Positions 1 through 10,985 of a stretch of DNA of 32,000 bases are shown one piece after another. Position 1 is the first letter of the stretch; each line of letters begins with the position of its first letter. The notes under the pieces were generated by a model. It was not told the origin of the DNA, made no database searches, and saw nothing but the letters and a program-made list of their open reading frames with translations. The DNA comes from Candidatus Saccharimonadota bacterium (GTDB lineage: Bacteria > Pseudomonadota > Gammaproteobacteria > Enterobacterales > Enterobacteriaceae): positions 210,001 through 242,000 of the forward strand of contig NC_008513.1 in the NCBI RefSeq assembly GCF_000090965.1. Reading direction: 5' to 3'. The translations under genes and the position numbers were made by a program.

Positions 1-1650
1 TGGTAGTATTGCAGATACATTTAATTGAATATCAATATTTTGATTAAAATTTTTTATTTCATTAATTGTTTGTAAATTTTTTTTTTGCTTTATTTTTAAA
101 ATTGATTCTTTAAGAAATTTTTTATATAGTTTAAAACCAATTGTTTTAATATGACCGCTTTGATTTGTTCCTAATAATTCACCAACTCCTCTTATTTCTA
201 GATCATGTTTTGATAATATTAAACCAGATCCTAAATCTGTATAATTTTTTATTATATTTAATCGTTTTTTTGCTTTTTTATTAATTTTATTTAAATTTGG
301 TATTAAAAAAAATGCATATGCTTGTCTTTTAGAACGACCTATTCTACCACGTAATTGATGTAATTGTGATAATCCAAATTTATCAGCATTTTCTATAATC
401 ATAGTATTAACATTACTAATATTTATTTCAGTATCTATAATTGTAGTACAGATTAAAATATCAAATTTTTTATTAAAAAAATCATACATAATTTTATATA
501 AATCTTTACTATTCATTTTTCCATGACTAATTTCAATACGAGCTTCTGGGATTAAATATAATAAATATTTTTTTTTTTCTTCTATATTTTTAACTCTATT
601 AAATAAATAATATACTTGTCCTTTTCTTTTTAATTCTCTTAATATTACTTTTCGTATAATTTTAGGATGAAAATTTTTGATAAATGTTTTTATTTTTAAA
701 CGTTTTTTTGGCGGAGTAGATATAATAGATAAATCTTTGATTCCAAGAATAGACATATTTAATGTTCTAGGAATCGGTGTAGCTGTTAAAGTAAGTATAT
801 CAATATTAATATATAATTTTTTTATTTTTTCTTTATGAAATACACCAAAACGATGTTCTTCATCAATAATTAATAATCCTAAATTTTTCCAAATTAAATA
901 TTTTGATAAAATTTTATGTGTACCAATAAGAATATTTATTTTTCCATTTTTGATTTTTTTTTTAATTATTTTTTCTTTTTTACTTGATGTAAAACGTGAA
1001 TATACATTAATTTTATACTTATACTCAGAAAATCGATTTTTAAATGTATTATAATGTTGTTGAGCTAATAAAGTCGTTGGAACAAGAATAGCAACTTGTT
1101 TTTTATTATCTAAAGCTATAAAAGTAGCTCTCATAGCTATTTCAGTTTTTCCAAATCCTACATCTCCACATAATAAACGATCCATAGGAACTGATTTTTT
1201 CATATCTTGTATAATTTCTTTTATAGAGTTTTTTTGATCAAGTGTTATATGATACAAACACTTATTACAAAAATTTTTGTATTTCAAAATATTTTTTTTA
1301 AAGGAAAATCCTTTTCTACAATATCGATGTGCTTTAATATCAATTAATTCAACAGCTGCATCATAAATTTTTTTTTTTACTTTTTTACATGTTTCTAACC
1401 ATGTTTTAGTTCCTAAAGTATTTAAAGATATTTTTGAAGTATTTGAAGTTTTATAAATATTTATTAAATTAAGAGATGTAATAGGTACGTAAAGTTTAAC
1501 TTTATTTGCATACATGATTACAAAATAATCTGTTAATTTTCCTTTATTTTTTAATGTACATAAATCAATATATCTACCAATGCCGTATTGAGTATGAATT
1601 ACAAGTTGATTTTTTTGAAATGTTTTTTTTTTTGTGTTTTTTTTTTTCAT
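1..1650 (-). CDS. mfd: Transcription-repair coupling factor Mfd. The 3' end lies beyond the window start, and the protein is N-terminally short relative to E. coli Mfd.
   Basis: The minus-strand frame is open from the ATG (rc of 1648-1650) to the window edge, exactly 550 codons. It is missing from the ORF track because it has no in-window stop. My translation begins MKKKNTKKKTFQKNQLVIHTQYGIGRY. It then shows SF2 helicase/translocase motifs: GDVGFGKTE, LVPTTLLAQQH, IIDEEHRFG, LTLTATPIPRTL and QLHQLRGRIGRS. It is colinear with E. coli Mfd from the RNAP-interaction domain onward. Confidence 0.9.
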   Translation of the reverse strand, partial: MKKKNTKKKTFQKNQLVIHTQYGIGRYIDLCTLKNKGKLTDYFVIMYANKVKLYVPITSLNLINIYKTSNTSKISLNTLGTKTWLETCKKVKKKIYDAAVELIDIKAHRYCRKGFSFKKNILKYKNFCNKCLYHITLDQKNSIKEIIQDMKKSVPMDRLLCGDVGFGKTEIAMRATFIALDNKKQVAILVPTTLLAQQHYNTFKNRFSEYKYKINVYSRFTSSKKEKIIKKKIKNGKINILIGTHKILSKYLIWKNLGLLIIDEEHRFGVFHKEKIKKLYINIDILTLTATPIPRTLNMSILGIKDLSIISTPPKKRLKIKTFIKNFHPKIIRKVILRELKRKGQVYYLFNRVKNIEEKKKYLLYLIPEARIEISHGKMNSKDLYKIMYDFFNKKFDILICTTIIDTEINISNVNTMIIENADKFGLSQLHQLRGRIGRSKRQAYAFFLIPNLNKINKKAKKRLNIIKNYTDLGSGLILSKHDLEIRGVGELLGTNQSGHIKTIGFKLYKKFLKESILKIKQKKNLQTINEIKNFNQNIDIQLNVSAILP

Positions 1651-2076
1651 TAAAAAAATTTATTCCGATTCATTATATATAATAAATATATAGTTGATAT
1701 AAAAAGATATTATTATTTTTACTTAAAAAGAACAATATTCTTATTTTTATTTGTATAAAATTAAATTAGTTTATATTTTTATTAGATAATTCTATAATAT
1801 TAAAATTTAATTAAATATTTATATTTTTAAAAAATAAATAATTTATATTAAAAAATTATAATATATAATTATTATTGAGAATAATTCTTTAATCATTTAA
1901 AATATACTAAATTTTTTAAAAAAGTATTTTATAAATATCTAAATTTATTTTTTTATTAAAAATAAATTATTTATTTAAAAATTAAATAATTAATAAAAAT
2001 AAATAAAAATTAAAATTTTAACATTATTATATACATAACATATTAAATATTTTTAATATACTGTAATTTTTGGTAA

Positions 2077-3084
<1,008 letters not shown>

Positions 3085-3127
3085 TTGACAATTAATTTTA
3101 ATAATAAATATTAAATTTATATATTAT

Positions 3128-3161
3128 GACAGTATTCAAGATAATTTATTTTGATACTGTC
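3128..3161. terminator. Candidate hairpin between the convergent genes gapA and fldA
   Basis: GACAGTAT (3128-3135) and ATACTGTC (3154-3161) are perfect reverse complements, giving an 8-bp stem with an 18-nt loop. It is the only G/C-containing inverted repeat in the 140-bp convergent spacer. There is no strong flanking T-run on either strand. Confidence 0.35.
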
Positions 3162-3224
3162 AAGTATCAATATTTTTATATAAATAAAAATATTTATTTT
3201 TATTATTTTAAAAACTAATGATTA

Positions 3225-3764
3225 TTACTTATGTAAAAAATTATTTTTTAAAATATTATTAATTTCTTGAATTACTAATTGTAACCATTTTTTAATTCTT
3301 TTATTAGTTAGTTTTGATTGATTATCTTCATCAATTGGTAATCCAAAAAAATATGATTTATTTTTTTGTGCTTTAGAGTATTCATATTTATAATTTTTTG
3401 TAGACCATTTTCCTACTAATTTTGCATTTTTTTTTTTTAAAATATCATACATAATTCCAATAGAATCACAAAAATATTCAGAATAATCTTTTTGATCTCC
3501 ACAACCAAATAAAGCAATAATTTTATTTTTTAAATCTATTTTTTTTAAAATAGATAAAGAATCTGGCCAATCACATTGTAATTCTCCATAATACCATGTA
3601 GGTATACCAAAAAATAAAATATTAAATTTTTTAATTTTTTTTAAAGAAGAATCTGAAATATCGAATATTTTAGAATTATTTTTTCCCAATTGTTTATGTA
3701 TTTTATAAGCAATTTTTTCTGTGTTTCCTGTATCACTTCCGTAAAAAATACCTATTTTTTTCAT
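3225..3764 (-). CDS. fldA: Flavodoxin 1
   Basis: The sequence [22 protein letters not shown] matches the FMN-binding N-terminus of long-chain flavodoxin. The ORF-track start at 3797 is a TTG that adds 11 non-homologous residues. The ATG at 3762-3764 is preceded by AGGT about 6 nt upstream, so I place the start there. Confidence 0.9.
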   Translation of the reverse strand: MKKIGIFYGSDTGNTEKIAYKIHKQLGKNNSKIFDISDSSLKKIKKFNILFFGIPTWYYGELQCDWPDSLSILKKIDLKNKIIALFGCGDQKDYSEYFCDSIGIMYDILKKKNAKLVGKWSTKNYKYEYSKAQKNKSYFFGLPIDEDNQSKLTNKRIKKWLQLVIQEINNILKNNFLHK

Positions 3765-4090
3765 TTTAAACCTATTAAATTTTAAAAAATTTATCAATAA
3801 ATAATTAATATTACTTTTAAAATATTAAAATATTTATTATTATTTTATAATAAATTATTCTAATACATAGAAATATATTAAAAAACAATAAAAATATTTT
3901 GTTTATATATTTTTTGTATTATATTATAATATAATTTTTATTGTATAATTTTTATTTTTATAAAAATTTTTTAAAGATTAAATTAATTAAAATAAAATTT
4001 ATTTTTAATTAAATTTTATTTAATAAAAATTTTACAAAAATAAAAATATTTTTATAAATATAAATATATATTAAGGTTATAATATAAAAT

Positions 4091-4839
4091 ATGAATAATT
4101 TTTTTCTTGAAAAAATAATTAATAAAAAATTAAATTGTAATAAATATACAAATGATTATTTACCTAATGGTCTTCAAATAGAAGGAAAATCTGAAATAAA
4201 TGTTATTATTTTAGGTGTAACAGCTAATGAAAACCTTTTAAATATAGCTATAAAAAAAAAAGCTGATGCAGTTATCGTACATCATGGATATTTTTGGAAT
4301 AATGAAGAAAAAAAAGTTCTAGGAATGAAAAGAAATAGATTAAAGAAAATATTAACAAATAATATAAATTTATATTGTTGGCATTTACCTTTGGATATAC
4401 ATAAAAAATTAGGTAATAATGTTCAATTAGGAAAATTATTAAATATTTCAATTAAAAAATATATATCTCCATATATTATTCAAGGTTATTTTAAAAAAAA
4501 ATATACAAGTACTGAATTAATTTATTTTATAGAAAAAAAATTAAATAGATCTCCTTTCCATTATGGACCTACAGGATCAAAATATATTCAAAATGTTTCA
4601 TGGTGTACCGGAAGAGGACAAATTTTTTTAATAAAGTTGTTAATTTAAATATTGATGCATATTTTACAGGAGAAATTTCTGAAGAAACAATACATATTGC
4701 TGAAGAAAATAATAAACATTTTTTTTCTTTAGGACATCATGCTACAGAAAAATTTGGTATACAAAAATTAGGAAAATGGTTATTAAAGAAAGATAAAAAT
4801 TTAAAAATAAAATTTATAGATATTAATAATCCTATTTAA
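4091..4839 (+). pseudogene. ybgI: ybgI (NIF3/YbgI-family metal-binding protein), split into two frames by a 1-nt frame change in a T7 run
   Basis: ORF 4091-4648 carries the N-terminal family motifs LPNGLQIEGK, DAVIVHHGYFW, GMKRNRLK and NLYCWHLPLD. ORF 4600-4839 is in the -1 frame and carries the C-terminal part: DAYFTGEISEETIH, GHHATEKFG and FIDINNPI. The two frames join at the T run 4623-4629. Adding one T, or a -1 shift, gives a single protein colinear with E. coli YbgI. Confidence 0.8.
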
Positions 4840-4893
4840 AAATAAAATATTTTATCATTTAAAATTTTTTATAAAAATAATCAATATAAAAAA

Positions 4894-7695
4894 ATGAAAA
4901 ATAAAAAAAAAATTCTTTTATCAAAAAATGGATGGTTATATTCAAATAATCAATTATATTTAGAAAATATTTATAAAAAATTCTTGTTAAATTCTAAAAA
5001 AATAGATAAATCTTGGATATATATTTTTAACAAAATATTTAAAAAAAAAAATAATAATTTAAATCAAATAAACTCTGTAAATATAAAAATAAATAATGAT
5101 TTTATAGAGAAAAAAAAAAATAACAATCAAAAATTTTTAAAACAAAAATTTTTAATTTTTATTAATTCATATAGAAAATATGGACATTTTATATCACAAT
5201 TAAATCCACTAAAATTAAGAAAAAAAAAAAATAGTATTCCAGAATTATTATATTCTTATCATAATATTAAAAAAGAAGAATTAAATTTATTGATAAAATC
5301 TGATTTTTTATTTTTTAAGAAGAATATTAATTCTTTTCAAGATATATATTTATTTTTTAAAAAAAAATATTGTGGTTATATTGGTTTTGAATATATGCAT
5401 ATAAGTAATACAAAAGAAAAATTATGGTTACAAAAAAATATTGAATCTAAAAAATTTGAAAAATTATTTTCTAAAAGAAAAAAAAAAAATATATTAAAGA
5501 ATTTAATTAAATCTACTGTTTATGAAAATTTTATTAATAAAAAATTTCCAGGAACTAAACGTTTTTCACTAGAAGGATGTGATTCTTTACTTCCTATGAT
5601 AAAAGAAATTATTAATTTTTGTTTAAATAAAAAAATTACTAAAATATTTTTAGGAATGGCTCATAGAGGAAGACTTAATGTAATGCATAATATATTAAAA
5701 CATAATACATTAAATATGTTTTTAAATATTCAAGATAAATTATGTCATTCACATAGAACCGGGGATGTAAAATACCATATAGGATTAAAAAAAAAAATTT
5801 TTGTAAATAATCAAGAAGTTGAAATTAATTTGTTAAATAATCCTTCTCATTTAGAAATTATTACTCCAGTTGTAATTGGTTGTTGTAAATTTTTTATAGA
5901 AAATAAAAAAACAATAATTTCACCATTACCTGTCATTATACATGGTGATGCTGCTTTTACTGGACAAGGAGTTATACAAGAAACTCTAAATATGTCACAA
6001 GTACCTGCATATAATGTTTTTGGTAGTATACATATTGTTATAAATAATAAAATTGCTTTTACTACTTCTAAAAAAAAATATTTACGTACTAGTAAATATT
6101 GTACTGATATTGCTAAAATGATTGATTCTCCTGTTTTTCATGTTAATGCTGATAAACCTGAATCAGTAATTTCCGTAATTAATATTGCATTAAAATTTAG
6201 ATATAAATTTAAAAAAGATGTTTTTATAGATTTAGTTGGTTATAGAAGATTAGGTCATAATGAAGTAGATGATCCTAAAATTACACAACCTATAATGTAT
6301 TCTTTAATAAAAAAACATAAGCCAATATGTATACTATATTCTAAAAAAATTAATAAATCAAAAAAAAATGCAAAAAATCAATATAAAAAATTTTATAAAT
6401 ATTATTTTAAAAAACTTAATATACTCTTAAAAAATAAAAATTTATACTCAAATAATTCAAATTTATTTCATAACAAAAATATTAAAAACAAAAATTTATT
6501 GAAAAGAAAAATTATTTATAAAAAATTTAAAAAAAAAATATATCAATTATTTAATGTACCAAAAAATTTTGTTTTACATTATCAAGTTAAAAAAATTTTT
6601 TTAAATCGTATTAAAATGATAAAAAATAAAATTATGTTAGATTGGGGATTAGCTGAAAATTTAGCATATGCCGTTTTAATGTACAAAGGTATTACATGTC
6701 GATTAACAGGGGAAGATGTGAGAAGAGGAACATTTTCACATAGACATGCAAGTGTAATTTGTCAAAAAACCAATAAAACAATTATACCATTTAAAAATGT
6801 TGATAAATTTATTGGATCATTTCATATTTGGGATTCTGTATTATCTGAAGAATCTGTTTTAGCATTTGAATATGGTTATTCAATTGTATCAAGTAATTTA
6901 CTAAATATTTGGGAGGCTCAATTTGGTGATTTTTCTAACGGAGCACAAATTGTTATTGATCAATTTATTACTTCTGGTTTACAAAAATGGGGTGTTTCTT
7001 CATCACTAGTTATAATGCTTCCTCATGGTTATGAAGGTCAAGGACCTGAACATTCTTCAGGACGATTAGAAAGATATTTACAATTATGTGCACAGAAAAA
7101 TATTCAAATTTGTATTCCTACAACAGCATCACAAATATATCATTTATTATTAAAACAAGGTCAAAAATTTTTAAAAACACCATTAATAATATTTACTCCA
7201 AAATCATTATTACGACATCCTTTAACATTCATTTCAATTAAAAAATTATTTATTGAAAAATTTCATAAAATATTATTATTTAAAAAAAAAAATATTTCAT
7301 TAGATTTAATTAGTCGTGTTATTTTTTGTAATGGTAAAATTTATTATGAATTATTAGATTTTTATGAAAAAAATAATATCATTAATTCAATAATTATACG
7401 TATTGAACAATTATATCCTTTTCCTTTTTATAAAATTAATAAAATTTTAAATAAATATATTAATATTAAATATTTTATATGGTCTCAAGAGGAGCCAGAG
7501 AATCAAGGTAGTTGGAAACATATTTATTTCTATTTTAAAAAATATATTTTTAACAATAATGAAAAAAAAAAATTACAATATGTTGGTCGATCAAAATTAG
7601 CTTCTACAGCTGAAGGAAACTTTGAAAATCATCAAAAAAAACAAAAAAAAATTATTAAATTATCTTTTACATATAAATCATTTTATAAAAAGTAA
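4894..7695 (+). CDS. sucA: 2-oxoglutarate dehydrogenase E1 component
   Basis: 933 aa. It shows the ThDP region [19 protein letters not shown], then [10 protein letters not shown] and [23 protein letters not shown]. sucB starts 5 nt after the sucA stop. Confidence 0.95.
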   Translation: MKNKKKILLSKNGWLYSNNQLYLENIYKKFLLNSKKIDKSWIYIFNKIFKKKNNNLNQINSVNIKINNDFIEKKKNNNQKFLKQKFLIFINSYRKYGHFISQLNPLKLRKKKNSIPELLYSYHNIKKEELNLLIKSDFLFFKKNINSFQDIYLFFKKKYCGYIGFEYMHISNTKEKLWLQKNIESKKFEKLFSKRKKKNILKNLIKSTVYENFINKKFPGTKRFSLEGCDSLLPMIKEIINFCLNKKITKIFLGMAHRGRLNVMHNILKHNTLNMFLNIQDKLCHSHRTGDVKYHIGLKKKIFVNNQEVEINLLNNPSHLEIITPVVIGCCKFFIENKKTIISPLPVIIHGDAAFTGQGVIQETLNMSQVPAYNVFGSIHIVINNKIAFTTSKKKYLRTSKYCTDIAKMIDSPVFHVNADKPESVISVINIALKFRYKFKKDVFIDLVGYRRLGHNEVDDPKITQPIMYSLIKKHKPICILYSKKINKSKKNAKNQYKKFYKYYFKKLNILLKNKNLYSNNSNLFHNKNIKNKNLLKRKIIYKKFKKKIYQLFNVPKNFVLHYQVKKIFLNRIKMIKNKIMLDWGLAENLAYAVLMYKGITCRLTGEDVRRGTFSHRHASVICQKTNKTIIPFKNVDKFIGSFHIWDSVLSEESVLAFEYGYSIVSSNLLNIWEAQFGDFSNGAQIVIDQFITSGLQKWGVSSSLVIMLPHGYEGQGPEHSSGRLERYLQLCAQKNIQICIPTTASQIYHLLLKQGQKFLKTPLIIFTPKSLLRHPLTFISIKKLFIEKFHKILLFKKKNISLDLISRVIFCNGKIYYELLDFYEKNNIINSIIIRIEQLYPFPFYKINKILNKYINIKYFIWSQEEPENQGSWKHIYFYFKKYIFNNNEKKKLQYVGRSKLASTAEGNFENHQKKQKKIIKLSFTYKSFYKK

Positions 7696-7700
7696 AAATT

Positions 7701-8897
7701 ATGGAAAAAAAAACTAAAATATTAGCTCCCAATTTACCTGAATCAGTAAATCATGCAATTATGTTAAAATGGAATAAAAAAATAGGAGATTATGTAAAAG
7801 AAGATGAAATAATTGCTGAAATTGAAACTGATAAAATTATACTTGAAATTTCATCTCCTAAAAATGGTATATTAATTTCACAGAATATATTAGTTGGAGA
7901 AAAAATAAAATCTCAATCTGTTATAGGTTTTATTAATAATAAAAATATTAAAAAAGAAAAAAAAATTAAAAATAATAAAAAAACAAAAAAAAAAAATGTT
8001 CATAGTGAAAATTCATTATTTTTGTTTACACCAAAAATGCGTAGGTTAATACTAAATTATAATATAGATATATCAAAAATAAAAGGAATTGATGTACATG
8101 GAAAAATTAATATAAATAATTTTATTATTAAAAATAAAAAAAATAGCAAAAAGAAAAAAAAAGATAAACTAATTAATATACATAAAAAAAATAATAAACG
8201 AATTTTTCGAAAAATTGCTATGAGTCCGTTACGAAAAACGATTTCAAAAAGATTATTATATACAGTAAAAAATACAGCTATGTTAACAACATTTAATGAA
8301 GTTAATATGCAGCCAATTATATCAATTAGAAACAAATATAAAGATATTTTTGAAAATAAATATAAATCAAAATTGGGATTTATGTCGTTTTATGTAAAAT
8401 CTGTTACACAAGCATTAAAAAAATTTCCAGAAATAAATGCTTCAATTGAAAAAAAAAATATTATATATCATGATTATTATGATATTAATATTGCTATATC
8501 TACTCCAAGAGGATTAATAACTCCAATTTTAAAAAATACAGATAATTTATCTATATATGAAATTGAAAAAAAAATTAAATCTTTTGTTTTATTAGGTGAA
8601 CAAGGAAAATTAAAATTTGAAGATTTAGAAGCTGGAACTTTTACTATTACAAATGGAGGAGTTTTTGGATCTTTAATGTCTACTCCTATTATTAATCCTC
8701 CTCAAGTAGCTATTTTAGGTATGCATCATATTAAAAAAAGACCTATTGTAGTTAATAAAAAAATAAAAATTTTACCTATGATGTATCTTGCATTGTCATA
8801 TGATCACCAATTAATTGATGGAAAACAAGCAATACAATTTTTGAATTATATTAAAGATATTTTAGAAGATATTTCACGTTTTATACTTGAAATATAA
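7701..8897 (+). CDS. sucB: Dihydrolipoyllysine-residue succinyltransferase (2-oxoglutarate dehydrogenase E2)
   Basis: 398 aa. It has a lipoyl domain with [11 protein letters not shown] and a peripheral subunit-binding domain [20 protein letters not shown]. The C-terminal catalytic domain shows [11 protein letters not shown] and SYDHQLIDG. Confidence 0.95.
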   Translation: MEKKTKILAPNLPESVNHAIMLKWNKKIGDYVKEDEIIAEIETDKIILEISSPKNGILISQNILVGEKIKSQSVIGFINNKNIKKEKKIKNNKKTKKKNVHSENSLFLFTPKMRRLILNYNIDISKIKGIDVHGKININNFIIKNKKNSKKKKKDKLINIHKKNNKRIFRKIAMSPLRKTISKRLLYTVKNTAMLTTFNEVNMQPIISIRNKYKDIFENKYKSKLGFMSFYVKSVTQALKKFPEINASIEKKNIIYHDYYDINIAISTPRGLITPILKNTDNLSIYEIEKKIKSFVLLGEQGKLKFEDLEAGTFTITNGGVFGSLMSTPIINPPQVAILGMHHIKKRPIVVNKKIKILPMMYLALSYDHQLIDGKQAIQFLNYIKDILEDISRFILEI

Positions 8898-9186
8898 ATT
8901 TTTATATAAAAATTATATATTAATTGAAAAAAATTTTTACTAAATATTAAAATATGTATAATATATTTTTATTGCATATTAAAATATACAATAATAAAAT
9001 ATATAAATTATACAAATCAAATATTTATTTTTTTTGATTAATTGAAATTGAAATAAAAAAATATATAAATATATAAATTATTAATATTAATAAATAATAA
9101 TTCTTTATATAAATTAATACTTAATTTTATATAAAAAATATATTTTTATAATCAATAATATTTTTATTAAAAATCAGGAAAAAAAA

Positions 9187-9879
9187 ATGAAAAAAAAAAA
9201 AATAATATTAATGAGACATGGTGAAAGTAAATGGAATAAGTTAAATAAATTTACTGGATGGCAAGATATAGGTTTAACTAAAAATGGAAAAAAAGAAGCA
9301 AAACTTGCTGCAAAATTAATAAAAAAAAATAATTTTATATTTGATATTGCATATACATCAATTTTAAAAAGAGCTATATATACTTTATGGATAATACTTA
9401 AAAAAACAAATCAAATATGGATACCAGTATATAAATCATGGAAATTAAACGAACGAAATTATGGAGCATTAGAAGGATTAAATAAAGAAAAAATAAAAAA
9501 AAAATATGGAGATGAACAAGTACAATTATGGAGGAGAAGTTTTACAGTATGTCCACCAAATTTAAATATATCTAATAAATATCATCCTATTTATGACATA
9601 AAATATAAAAAATTAAAAAAACATGAACTTCCTACATCTGAAAGTTTAGAAATGACATTTAATAGAGTTATTCCATTCTGGGAATTTAAAATTTTACCTC
9701 AATTAGAGAAAAATAAAAATATTCTTATTGTTGCTCACGGAAATTCCTTGCGAGCTTTAATAAAATATTTGGGAAACATAAGTGATTCCGATATAATTGA
9801 TTTAGATATTTCTACTGGAAAACCGCTTGTATATGAATTTTCTAATACAAATAAACCATTAAAATATTATTATTTATAA
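9187..9879 (+). CDS. gpmA: 2,3-bisphosphoglycerate-dependent phosphoglycerate mutase
   Basis: 230 aa. It has LMRHGESKWN (catalytic His), NERNYGALEGL and VAHGNSLRAL. An AGGA lies about 9 nt upstream of the ATG. Confidence 0.93.
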   Translation: MKKKKIILMRHGESKWNKLNKFTGWQDIGLTKNGKKEAKLAAKLIKKNNFIFDIAYTSILKRAIYTLWIILKKTNQIWIPVYKSWKLNERNYGALEGLNKEKIKKKYGDEQVQLWRRSFTVCPPNLNISNKYHPIYDIKYKKLKKHELPTSESLEMTFNRVIPFWEFKILPQLEKNKNILIVAHGNSLRALIKYLGNISDSDIIDLDISTGKPLVYEFSNTNKPLKYYYL

Positions 9880-10000
9880 CTTTCTAAAACAAAAATTTTG
9901 TATATAAATTTATTAGTTTATATATTTTTAAAAATTGAAAATATCAAAAATTTTAATAATTTAATAAATGTAAATAAAATTAGAGTGTTTAAACTATTAC

Positions 10001-10963
10001 ATGATTAAAAAAATAGGAATTTTAACTAGTGGTGGTGATTCTCCAGGAATGAATGCTATTATTCGATCTGTTGTATGTACTGCTTTAAATCATAATATAG
10101 AAGTTAAAGGTATATATAACGGATTTTTAGGATTATATAATAATGATATGAAATTATTAAAATATAGTCATGTTGCTAATTTATTAAATCAAGGTGGAAC
10201 AATTTTAGGATCTTCTCGATTTTTAGAATTTAAATTAGAAAAAACAAGAAAAATAGCTATAAAAAACATTTATAAAAGAAAAATTGATTGTTTAATCATT
10301 ATTGGAGGAGATGGATCTTATAAAGCAGCAAATTTTTTAACAAATATGGGTGTTCCATGTATTGGTATTCCCGGAACTATAGATAATGATGTTTCTGGAA
10401 CTGATTATACTGTTGGATATTTTACTGCTTTAGAAACAGTAGTAGATGCTATTGATAAATTAAGAGATACTTCTGCATCACATCATAGAATTTCAATAAT
10501 AGAAATTATGGGTCGTTATTGTGGAGATTTAACATTATCAGCTGCTATTGCCGGTGGTTGTGAATTTATAGTTATTCCAGAAATAATTTATCAAAAAGAA
10601 TTATTATTACTAGAAATACAAAAAAGTATTAAAAAAGGTAATAAACATTCTATTGTAGCTATTACTGAACATATATGTGATGTAAATAAATTAGCAAAAT
10701 ATATTCAAAAAAAAACTTTTAAAGAAACAAGAGCAACCATATTAGGTCATATTCAAAGAGGAGGGAAACCTGTTGCATATGATAGAATTTTAGCATCTCG
10801 TATGGGTATTTATGCAATTCAATTACTTCTAAAAGGATATAAAGGACAATGTATAGGAGTAATTAATAATAAAATAGTTCATCATAATATCAATTATGCT
10901 TTAAAAAATATGAAAAAAATATTTAAAAAAGATTTATTAAATTCTATAAAAAAAATATACTAA
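10001..10963 (+). CDS. pfkA: ATP-dependent 6-phosphofructokinase
   Basis: 320 aa, the same length as E. coli PfkA. Motifs seen are [40 protein letters not shown] and LGHIQRGG. Confidence 0.95.
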   Translation: MIKKIGILTSGGDSPGMNAIIRSVVCTALNHNIEVKGIYNGFLGLYNNDMKLLKYSHVANLLNQGGTILGSSRFLEFKLEKTRKIAIKNIYKRKIDCLIIIGGDGSYKAANFLTNMGVPCIGIPGTIDNDVSGTDYTVGYFTALETVVDAIDKLRDTSASHHRISIIEIMGRYCGDLTLSAAIAGGCEFIVIPEIIYQKELLLLEIQKSIKKGNKHSIVAITEHICDVNKLAKYIQKKTFKETRATILGHIQRGGKPVAYDRILASRMGIYAIQLLLKGYKGQCIGVINNKIVHHNINYALKNMKKIFKKDLLNSIKKIY

Positions 10964-10985
10964 ATTATTTTTTTAAAAAAAATAT

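Noticed and set aside
3085-3090. Perfect TTGACA immediately after the gapA stop
   Set aside because: It has no sensible downstream plus-strand target, since it points into the gapA/fldA terminator hairpin and the antisense strand of fldA. There is also no well-spaced -10 that stands out from the background.
3765-3797. N-terminal extensions in the ORF track: the TTG start for fldA at 3797 and likewise the TTG start for serC at 16726
   Set aside because: Both use TTG and add residues absent from homologues. The downstream ATGs coincide with the conserved N-termini ([15 protein letters not shown] and MSKIYNFNPGPAML).
4600-4839. 79-aa ORF starting at ATG 4600, considered as an independent gene
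   Set aside because: Its first seven codons overlap the upstream ybgI frame and have no homology. From FFNKVV onward it is simply the C-terminal third of YbgI. I treat it as part of one frameshifted gene.
8057-8335. 92-aa minus-strand ORF in the supplied track, antisense to sucB
   Set aside because: It lies wholly inside the well-supported sucB gene, opposite its Lys-rich linker. AAA codons read as TTT on the other strand, giving a Phe/Leu/Ile low-complexity peptide. It has no start context and no homology. It is a composition artefact.
9040-9100. Short tandem-looking motifs in the sucB-gpmA spacer (AATTGAAATTGAAAT and ATATATAAATATATAAAT)
   Set aside because: There are only two copies of each, they are imperfect, and they cannot be distinguished from low-complexity AT sequence. 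They do not form a structured repeat array.
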